From Catajapyx aquilonaris (taxonomy: Eukaryota): 36,913 nt of DNA. The notes beneath the pieces are model-generated. The model saw only the letters and a program-made list of their open reading frames with translations. It made no database searches and was not told the DNA's origin. A program made the position numbers and the translations under genes. The stretch spans positions 1-36,913 of the forward strand of contig JYFJ02003865.1 in assembly GCA_000934665.2 (NCBI GenBank), in the 5' to 3' direction. This document shows positions 12,790-22,592 of this stretch, one piece after another. Positions within the stretch are counted from its first letter, which is position 1, and every line of letters begins with the position of its first letter.

Positions 12790-12919
12790 TTTGTGCGCTG
12801 AACAACGCTCTACAAAACCAGACCTGAATCACGACTGAGGACCTGATCTGACCGGAGATACAACCAGTTTTATGACCCAAACTTTGCATCAACGGTTACT
12901 TTTTTTTCAGTCGGGCAAA

Positions 12920-13020
12920 GTCCGCCATATTTGAAGCAGGTAAAGGAAGGCGGCCATCTTGGAACTCTAGCCAATCAGATTGCTCGAAAAGTGGTCGGAC
13001 GTCCAAGATGGCGGCAGCAT
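12920..13020. promoter_or_regulatory. Putative promoter of the THAP gene
   Basis: YY1-type motifs (CCGCCAT, GGCGGCCATCTT, CAAGATGGCGGC) and AGCCAATCAG (CCAAT box) just upstream of the minus-strand gene. Confidence 0.5.
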
Positions 13021-13257
13021 CAAGGGTTGCCAGACCAATAAATTTTTTTGATATTAAATTCAATTAAAAATTAACAATTGCAAATAATTAGTGCTCCTTC
13101 CATGAATTAACCACCAGTAATTATAAATTTGTAAAACACCTCAAATGATTCGTGCTGAATTTTATATATATATATTTTTTAAAAGTAATTATATATGTAG
13201 CCTAGTTGACGGTTTTAAAATGCACAAAAAAATATGATTATTGCTACCAATATGATA
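13021..13257 (+). repeat. Dispersed repeat, copy 2 (starts CAAGGGTTGCCAGA)
   Basis: Direct copy of 9378-9592. Confidence 0.85.
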
Positions 13258-14768
13258 GCTTAATTTTGATCCAAATATAAGTACCGGTAAGCCAAAGTTT
13301 CCACTGATTACTATAATTACGCGTTAATTTGTGCCAATAAAATAAATCCGAGCAGCATACGTACAAATTATCTGCAAAAATGGTATCATATGTGTAATAG
13401 TTTCATGTAACAAAAAGCCCTAAATGAAAATGCTGATCTAGGGGGAAAAAAAATTTAATTCACAATTTTTATTGACAATATGTAGGTGTTCAAAGTTCAG
13501 GATTATTTCTCTGTTTGTTTGAGTACGAACGAGCCAAAGCAACTTGGGTGTGAGAAGATGCACAGTTTTTTGGCGTGCTTCCCGCTTCATGTCGACTCCA
13601 CAGTTCACTGCCATCTGGAAGAGACGTAGCGTTACAAACATTGCAAACATATCGCCACATGCATGCTAACAATTATAAATATAATTTTCCGGCCTAATTG
13701 TTTCCTGAACATCTAATATGAAAAATATAGATATGGCTACTGGCTGGTTAGACAATTCCATCTCCTGCGTACGTCACCTCGTCCGGACGCGGCGTACAAT
13801 CCTCCGCAGCCTCCTCTATGTGTGGCAGTCGGTGGCAGTGTACCGCAACCTGCTTCAAACCCAATTGGCACAAACCTAAATGAATATAATAAAAAATATC
13901 ATATTAATATTACTGGGGCTGTCCCGCATGATGCCCACTACCGCTCCCCATGAAATAAACATAAACAGCAAACAATACATGCCCAATTCAACCGGGCCAA
14001 ACAATACCCTGCACATCCAGGGTTCAATACGAACACTCGCGGACCGCCAATTCAAATGTCCAGTGTCCGAAAATGACAATTGTTCATTGCAAAAAAACGT
14101 TCATTACAATCTCAACAGGTGGGCGCCATCATGGATCAATACTTTGGACCGAATGAAGCGCAGCTGCTACGTCAGAAAGATAGCTGTTACAAAAAAAACT
14201 GTTAATTCCGGTAGCGGCTTCAAATAGCGACTAGTGACATGAAAATGCGCAGAAAAATTAGTAAATCAATAGCAAAGTGTTTGTTGAGAATGATTGACTA
14301 CCACAGCAGTAGGAAAGTGTGACAGATAAGCTGTCAAAAAATTAAACCATGAAGACGAACAGTAAGCAATGAATAATTTAAAAAAAAAATCCCATCAATT
14401 TTTGACGAAGACCAACATTCGACTTGCAGGACGTCCTCAGGACGTCCTTTGGACCTGGTGTGCTGCCTGGGAATAATTAGGAATAATTTGGCAGAATATA
14501 TTGTGCAGTAATAGTGGCCTTTCGCTATCTGATAAGCACAATAAATCAATTTACTTACCTATATATGCACATGAATGTACAGAGATCTTGTACCGAAATC
14601 TAATTACAAACTTGCCTTATTTATGGCTCAATTTGCATCGACACCGACACCAAAAGTCTGCAGTGGGTATATCTCACGTCAGAAGAATAAACTTATTCGG
14701 GAACATATGTAGACTGTAAGAGTTAGTGGACAGACGTTAAAACATAGAGTAGAAAAATTTAGTCAAAA

Positions 14769-17313
14769 ATGATGAGTTTGTCACTTTATGTTCTAATACT
14801 GATCTTTACTGTGCTGCAAGTAAGTACATACACCAGTATCCGTTTGTTTGTGTGTTGGTTCGTTTGTTCATTTGTCCAAGTTTCATCGTTTGTTTGTTCA
14901 TTTCTTAATTCGTTCGTTCGTTCGGTCATTAATTTCTTCCTTTGTTCATTTGTTCGTTAGTTAGCTTGTTCATCATTTGTTTGATCGTTTGTTTGTCCAT
15001 TCATTAGTTCGTTCCTTCGTTTGTCCAACCATGCATAATTCACTCGTTCATTTGTTTCTTTGTTTATTCCTTCGTTGGTTCCTTTTTGTTCATCTGTAAA
15101 TTTTTCATTCGTTTGTTTCATCATTTTTCGTTCGTTCATTCCTTCGTTGGTTCCTTTGTTCTTTATTCATCCGTGAAAATTTATTTATTTGTTTGTTCAT
15201 TTCTTTGTTATTTGTTCATTCGTTCGTTTGTTTGTTTGTTCATTTGTTTGTTATTTGTTCATTCGTTTGTTATTTGTTCAGTCGTTTGTTTGTTCGTTTG
15301 TTTGTTCATTTGTTCATTTTTCATTAGTTTGTTTGAAAAATACGTTCGTTCGTTCATTCATTTGCTCATTTGTTTGTTTGTTCGTTCGTTCTTTCGTTTG
15401 ATTGTGAGTTTGTTTTGTGTATGACTGAGCTCGTTTCTCCAAAGGCTCAAATCCAGATCAAACCTGACATCAACGACGCCCTGTTGGCAGACGCTCTCCA
15501 CAACATCATCGAGCTACAATGTCCGGAGTGTCCGCTAGCAGTTGGAACGGACTACTCGAACCTGAGCACACCTTTGCAACATCTGCTCAAACGGACCCAA
15601 ACCCAGTATCTGTCAGTCGTAATGAGCATGATGATGGACTCATTTCCTTACGACCCTGCAGACTACCCATGGACCTGGAAGCCCGAGCATCTCCTGTCAT
15701 TTCGGACCCAACCACCCGAACTCCGATCCAAATTCTGGCCTGGAACCACCTCCTCATTCAACATCATCCTGTCGACCACAGCATCCAATGTGCCCCATCT
15801 GATCATGCACACAGCAAGTTCGTTCATGATACGAAACCTGTACGACCCTGTGTTCATCCACGTTCATCAGACAGGAGCTGAAACACTTCTTCTGCAGGAT
15901 CCTGCTCAAGGAATCCGGATGAAGATGCTGTCCAGCTATGATCAGACGAGATTGCTTCTCCACACTGTTTGTTACTTCTGCAACAATGGACAGCATGTTC
16001 TGAACAATCCGATTGTGTACGACTCTAGTAAGTCCCTAGAGCGTCGTGATGTGCTGGCTGCTCCTGGACGATACAGAAATGGTAGAGTGGTCGTGCTCGG
16101 ATATGTGAATGATATTGATGTTGAAGATGCTGAGACACGAGAGAGGAACGGCGACTTGTTAGTTTACGCCGAAAGCGCTCTACTTGACTTACAACGACGT
16201 TACGACATCAAGGTTGTCATCAAAGTTCCGGAGCTGACAACAAAAGAGCTGCATCCAAACGGAAGTTTGACAGGCCTGTCAAATGCGGTTGTGTCCAGAC
16301 AGTGTGAAGTGATGTTAGTGACAATATACACTGAGGTGTCAAACAGAGCTGTGATGTTGGGATATCCTGTCTGGTATCTTCAAGCAGGAATTGTGACTCG
16401 AATTCCACATGATGATATGAAGTGGTACTTGATATTCCAACCTTTTAGTCTCATAGTGTGGATCACACTATTAGGATCAATCGTGGTATCATCCATAACT
16501 TTGTATTACCTCAACACTGTCAGTGACTGTAAATCATATCCGATACATATGTACATACAGCATCTATTACGTGAGATAATTTATCAGCCTTTGTCGCCTC
16601 TTCTCAACACAAACCCAATACTTGTGTTTCACGTCTTCTGTTCATTACTTGCTATTGTCATATCCTGCGCTTATCAGACAAAATTAGTTCAGCTAATTAC
16701 ATTTCCGAGGCCAGAAGTTCTACCTGTAACAGTTTCAGATCTTTACAAGTCGACGTGGACATGGGGCACCACCTTACTTATGTCAGTAATGTTCAGTCTG
16801 GCAGCAGAAAATATTGACAGTAATCACATTATCCAGGACTTACTTAAAAATGTCCAGATCATCCCAACTATTGAGGAGTGTTTTGAGAAGACGCTGCTAG
16901 AGGATTTCGCATGCATAGTTCCAAACTTTGTCTACGATCAGAATCGCGATTATTACTTAGATGACAGAGGAAATCCTAGAACAAAATTTTGGGGACAAGA
17001 AGGATTCAGTCTGTACACTGGAGTTTCTTATGGAAGAGACGACATCAATTTTGTTCGTGAAGACAAAGATATGCAGAGGATTTTTGAAGCTCACATTCCC
17101 AAAGCTAGAGAATCTAGGGTCAACACCATGTTGTTCTTAAGAAAAGTGTTGAGCATCAGCAGGAAGAACACCCAAGTTGGACACAAAGAGAAGGAGAAGA
17201 TTTTAAGCTTCTCGAAGCTAGCAAACATTTTCTTCATACTTCTCATAGGTTATATGATGTCTATTGTCGCACTTGTGTACGAAACACTGAAGCATTCATG
17301 GAAAAATCACTAA
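14769..17313 (+). CDS. Divergent ionotropic receptor (IR, iGluR-related chemoreceptor), about 639 aa; exons 14769-14819 and 15445-17313
   Basis: Signal-peptide exon MMSLSLYVLILIFTVLQ|GTAAGT, phase-0 acceptor TTTCTCCAAAG at 15444. Pre-M1 WYLIFQPFSLIVW, M3 AIVISCAYQTKLVQLITFP, M4 LSFSKLANIFFILLIG...LVYE. Confidence 0.9.
14842..15420. repeat. Degenerate compound tetranucleotide microsatellite (TTTG/TTCG/TTCA)n filling the first IR intron
   Basis: About 580 bp of TTTG, TTCG and TTCA units. This explains the spurious F/V/C/S-rich ORFs in the track. Confidence 0.95.
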
Positions 17314-17397
17314 CATATGTTTGAAAAAATCACTAACATATTGTTTGAAAAAATCACTAACATATTGTTTGAAAAAATCACTAACATATTGTTTGAA
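17301..17397 (+). repeat. Tandem repeat, 4 x about 24 bp (GAAAAAATCACTAACATATTGTTT)
   Basis: The first unit contains the last codons and the TAA of the first IR gene. Confidence 0.95.
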
Positions 17398-17983
17398 GAA
17401 AAAAAAATGCTAAAATATGTTCACATTTTTTTCCCGTTACAAGCACAGTAGACATGAAGTGAGAATAAAATATTAACTCTTCAACAAGACGTAGGTACTG
17501 GTTATGGCTCATCATACTGTCATTATGAGTGATTATTGGACATAATGATTACAGGTCACCTCACAAAAGTTGAATAATCAGATATATGGATTGTGATTTA
17601 TTGCCCTGAAATTATTGTGAGTCGATATATATGGATTTTGGTCTCGCAATGTTTCAATTGATGTAATTTATTTAAAAAATGGAAATAAATTTAAGTGAAG
17701 CACATATTGTTGTGTACAGTTCAACTTGAACTTGAAAGGTTAACACACTTTGCCCTTCGCCTAATTAATGCCTGTCAAATCCCGAACAATGCCTATCGGC
17801 CCCATTAATTCACCATAGAAAAGAAACAATGCAATTTCTATCGATCACAGCACAAATATTTCTAAGAAAAAAGTGGGTTATTGTGCTATGGATTGTTACG
17901 GTGTCATTACACTTACTTTATTACTAGCACTTGAAGTTAAGGAAAGGGAAGGATCAGACTAAAGTATCCAACTGTGCCTAATT

Positions 17984-19988
17984 ATGATGTTGCTCCTGTT
18001 GCTTCTTATCATCTCAATGTCTGGAAACTCACTGGTAAACCTAATTTACTCTTAATCATTGATATGTTGTTAACCATAACTCTTAACCAATTGATTTGCT
18101 ATTACAGAGATATGTGAAGAGAGCGGAGATGTCAAACAAATTTCTTGAGAGCATCAATCCTGAGGATGTCATCGTGACAAGAACAGTGAAATCCATAATC
18201 CAGTCCTTCTTCTCCGGATGTTCATTGACACTATCATTGGATCATCCTGGAGTCAGCAAGCCTCTGGAGCAACTAATGATCTGGAATCACAAATCCAGAT
18301 ATCCGATGATGGTCAGCACCATGAGGAACTTTCCTTACAACAAGGACTACCCGTGGGTATGGAAACCCTCGCAACTCATGTCGTTCCGGACCCAACCTCC
18401 TGAGCTTAGGTCTCACACATGGCCTGGAGGAACCTGCGCCTTTAACATGATACTGGTTCTAAACACTTCAAATCTCCCACAGACAATAATGTATGCAGCT
18501 TCTGTGTTCAAAATGCGGAACTTGTACGACCCATTCTTCATTCATGTTCAGGAGTTGAACAGTCAGAACTCGCTGCTTCATGAACCTGTTCGAGGAATTA
18601 GGTTGAAGTTGATGTCACAGTTTGTCTCCAGGAAATTGGAGTTCTATAATGTCTGTTACTGCTGCAATCATGGTGAGGACACTCTGAACAAAGTAGATCA
18701 AATGAGCAGTATGTTTCCTGATCCTCCGAGGAATCTGAATGGCAGAAGACGTGTTGTCGGATTCATTGAGGATGTGGACATGAAAGGAGCTAAGATCAGA
18801 CATGATAATGATGAGTACATCAGCTCAACAGAAGAGACAATGCTGATGATCCAGGAGATATTCAACTGTGTGTTGACAGTCACTAAACCTGAGTTCACAA
18901 CTTCTGATCTGAATCCAAATGGAAGTCTAGCAGGATTCACTAGTTCTGTGTTCAGAAACGAGATCACATCAGCAGGAGTGATCTTCTACACTGATGTGGC
19001 TGAACGTGCTCTGATGTTAGGACATCCGATGTACTATCTGTACGGAGGGTTTGCCACAAGGATACCCAGATCAGAGATCAAATGGTACTTGATCTTCATG
19101 CCGTACTCACCTGGTATGTGGTTAGCTCTAGTCGCATCCTTACTACTCACAGCTACGACACTATCCGTACTGGACAGACATCGCATTGTGTTTGGACTTA
19201 TCAACACACATTTCAAGCTTCTTCTGCGTGTGCTTCTAGAGCAGACGTCGTACTTCTCACGTGACACTCCAACACTCATGCTTCATGCACATTTTCTGGC
19301 ATTCTCCATTGTTGTCATTTGTCTGTATAAGACCAAGTTGGTGTCACTCATCACCTTTCCGCCTCCTGAGGACATTCCGACAACAGGTCTGCAGTTGATC
19401 GAATCCGAGATGACATGGGGCACCACTGGTCTTCTGGTCATCGGATTAACAGTCGCGGTACAGAACCTGAACAACCCAGTGTATCGGCACGTACTAGACA
19501 ACGTAGTGCTGACTCCAACACTGCGAGACTGCGTGAACCGTACGCAAACAGAAGACTTCGCCTGCATAGCACCAGACATCATGTACCACAGAGAACGCGA
19601 CTACTTCCTAGACAAGAATGGCAATCCAAAGACCATCTTCTGGACTGACAGATCCGTCAACGCCTACACTGGTCCTGCGTACGGAAGAGACGACGTGCAC
19701 TTCGTGACGATGAACAAGGTGCTGAAAGGTCTGGCTGAAGGTGACATCGTGAATCACATCATACTTGCTGTGAATCACAGGAACTTTGTGAGGAATTACT
19801 TCCAAATCCTTCGTGGCAATGTGGAGACTTTGTTTGAAGAAAAGGAGAGTATGCTGGATGTTAAGAAGCTGGCCAACATCTTCCACATGTGGTCTGTCGG
19901 GATGGGACTGTCCTGCATTGGGTTTGTCTACGAGAAGTTTCGGTGGAGGATAGTGAAGAGAAGTTGGGACTGGGGGTTCCTGCTGTGA
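17984..19988 (+). CDS. Divergent ionotropic receptor paralog, about 643 aa; exons 17984-18034 and 18108-19988
   Basis: Signal exon MMLLLLLLIISMSGNSL|GTAAAC, acceptor TTACAG at 18107. Shares DYPWxWKP..L.SFRTQPPELRS, RNLYDP, CY.CN.G, KWYLIF.P.S, TWGTT, EDFACI.P, YGRDD and KLANIF with the upstream gene. Confidence 0.9.
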
Positions 19989-20603
19989 GGAGTCACTATT
20001 ATTAAACAACTAGCGCACCCGTAGCCAAAATTTGGCAAGGCCTGATGATTTAGTGCCGTGATCAGAAGGTGGCAGCACTCACCAGGGGCCCTTCTATCTT
20101 TCCGCCACGATCAGAAGGTGGCAGCACTCACCAGGGACCGTTCTCCTTCCGGAGCGTTCCGGAGGCGAAAAAAATAAGAGGGGGAATATCTCATTGCGCA
20201 CACTTGTTGATGTTCATGTACGGCAATAAAACCATTGTTCTCATGCCTGATTGTTCCTCTTTATCGGGGGGGGGGGGGGNGGGGGAAGCATCAGATTGTT
20301 TGCGATAATTTATTTATTGTAAAAAAAAAACAACGTCGATGGGCTTGCCGTTGACAACCATCGGGTTGACAACAAGACCCCTTGTTGACAAACTCTTATT
20401 GTAGTAACCCACACTCTCGAACAGACAGTCAGAGGTGTCGGACGTGGGCGGTTTAACGTTCCCACAAAAATTAGACCATAAAAACCCCATAAATTTTCCA
20501 GTGTACCAGGTAAGTCTGTTCATCATTTTTTTAGTGTGCGCATGTGTGTATATGTATTAATTACAGCTGTGTACTTTTTTAAATTCCAGCCAACCACCTA
20601 ACA

Positions 20604-21346
20604 ATGGCGAAGGGCTGCATCCAGAGCATCCCAAGAACCGTGAAATACCGGTGCTTCCCCCCAAAAAACCTCAAGCTGGCCAAGGTCTCCCTCCAAAGAG
20701 TCCCTGGTATCGGTAACGTCCTGGCTCGAAAATTCAGGAAGTTCGGAATATGCAACGTAAGTTCCAAAAAGAAAAAAAAAAATAATTATGGACACCAAAA
20801 ATCATTCCAATAATTGTTGACAAAATCACTATTAGCAACAAGTTCAAAAAAGAAAAAAAGTCGCGCCATTGTTGTTCAAAATCAGTCGTGCCAACATTGG
20901 GAGTGACGTCACTTCCTTGTTGGCTGCACTGCATGACGTCATGGCGCCAATTTTTTTGAAAATATAAGAGATGACGTCACCCAGTGTAGCCAACAGTGAC
21001 GTCACATGTGGCTACACTTAGTGGCTACATTGTGTGACGTCATGGCGCCAATTTTTTTCTCTTTTAAATATATTATGTTAAAAAAATAGATATAAATGAC
21101 ATTTTTGAAGCTTGTTGATCATTTCTGATTGAAGTTAATTGTTGATTATTTATGCCTGATTGTTGCTCTTGATTGTTGTATTTTTTTTTTTTTTTGGTGT
21201 AGACGTTCCAGCTGAAAAAAAAATTTGACAAGTCGAAGACTGGTTGCGGGTTCGAGCTGTGGCTGCACCATGTGGTGGGAGCCAACGCGAGGCATGCGAG
21301 GCACATCCACGCTGCCATGGCCAAGCTGAAGGGACGGAGGAACTAG
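20604..21346 (+). CDS. Divergent Barrier-to-autointegration factor (BAF/BANF1)-like protein, 98 aa; exons 20604-20756 and 21203-21346
   Basis: Spliced product MAKGCIQSIPRTVKYRCFPPKNLKLAKVSLQRVPGIGNVLARKFRKFGICN|TFQLKKKFDKSKTGCGFELWLHHVVGANARHARHIHAAMAKLKGRRN aligns to the BAF motifs SQKHRDF, LAGIGEVLGKKL and FREWLKDTCGANAKQSR. GTAAGT donor and poly-T...TAG acceptor, phase 0. Confidence 0.8.
20904..21042. promoter_or_regulatory. Cluster of five TGACGTCA (CRE) palindromes in the BAF-like intron
   Basis: TGACGTCA at 20904, 20934, 20972, 20997 and 21035; TGACGTCATGGCGCCAATTTTTT is duplicated. May be a repeat element rather than an enhancer. Confidence 0.5.
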
Positions 21347-21758
21347 ATTGACGAGGCACAGGGGGACGGCACCTTTTTTTTTTTAATTGGAAGGACGGCT
21401 GCGGAGGTGCAAGGGGGGGAACGACGGACAACATAATAACATAACATGGCTTTGGCTTAAAAAATCTGGTGCAAAATTTTTGTTGTAATAAATAGGCTGT
21501 TAGAAACCCATATGTTGTCTCGTTTTACTGTGGGCCGCCCTTTTAGGTTCAGCGATGAAGCTTCAACCAAAAGAATTGCAATCCACGGATTAATAAATTG
21601 TGGACATGTTAGTCACCGTTCGCTGGTACGTTGCGAACAGGAATTAACGTACACTGTACATAACACATACCCAAAAAAGGAACACCCGAAACAACTCTCG
21701 GAAACTATGGTAACAGCGCCATTGTTGCCGTATCGCAACAATGGCATAAATTCTCGTG

Positions 21759-22204
21759 ATGGGGCAGGCGCAGGCTTCAGAAATTTCAGTGATATCCCGC
21801 GAGTCTGTGGAAGTACTACATACAGGTGCGATGAACGTGTGCGATTGAAATCATTACGAGGGGTCACTTCAGGCGTTTTGTTTGTAGCGAGTGAACCGTC
21901 GGGAAACGAACTGTTTTTGTGGAAGCCAAAAACTCAAAAATTCAAGAATTTCCCCCCTCATGGTCCGCTGGACAAAATGCAGCTTTGGAAAGTTCCCGGG
22001 ATTGGTCAGACGGGATGCAAAAAATTTCACAAGTGGGGGATTACAACTGTAAGTACGTGACGAATGTGTTAATAAATTATAATTTAGCTTGCATCCGCAT
22101 TTGAAAATGTTCAGACAGAAAAAAACATTTGCGGGGCCACAAACTTCAGGCAGCCGCAACATATTTAACTGATGTGGATGCGAGCTAAATTCCAAAAATC
22201 ATAA
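21759..22204 (+). pseudogene. Second BAF-like paralog with a frameshifted last exon
   Basis: Exons 21759-21825 and 21888-22048 give ...KTQKFKNFPPHGPLDKMQLWKVPGIGQTGCKKFHKWGITT|GTAAGT, with the same donor position as copy 1. The downstream remnants NICGA / KLQAAATY / LMWMR lie in different frames. Confidence 0.6.
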
Positions 22205-22592
22205 TTAACTATCTCGAGCTAACAATGCCTTTTTAGGTCCTACAACTCAAGAGAAAGTACACCAAGTGTAAAACGGAATCCGAGTTTCAGACGTTTCTAT
22301 CACACGTCGGTGTAACATCCAACTACGCACGTCACGTCCATGCAGCCATGGTGAAGCTTCTGGCAATCGAGTATAATATAAATCATAGCATATAGAATAA
22401 TTACTAATTAGGCAATAAAGTATCTGCCACCTGCCAGAGTATGATTGAGGTCAATAAAATCATGAGTTACACAAGATGTTTTAATCCAGTTTAAAGCACA
22501 AAAAAAAGGGGGAAAACCAATAATCATAAGAGCAACGGCTCTCGGTTGCTTTTGGTTAGCCGTCTGCTGAACGTATTCGGTTTGGGGATTAG

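Noticed and set aside
13880..14227. 115-aa ORF with a hydrophobic start and a KR site (possible secreted peptide); also stop-ridden minus-strand frames at 13440-14170
   Set aside because: No recognisable family motif, and the hydrophobic start comes from AT-rich sequence. Not supportable without expression data.
15086..15424. F/V/C/S-rich ORFs and the annotated start of the 647-aa ORF
   Set aside because: Translations of a tetranucleotide microsatellite within an intron.
20060..20290. Duplicated ATCAGAAGGTGGCAGCACTCACCAGGG and a G-run containing an N at 20280
   Set aside because: A short local duplication and an assembly ambiguity. No element boundaries could be defined.
21512..22060. 182-aa ORF with a passing resemblance to plant CBP60 (FPP...LWK..GIG...FHK.GITTV)
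   Set aside because: Better explained as the BAF HhH exon read through introns. The neighbouring paralog has the BAF-specific F..WL....GANA C-terminus.
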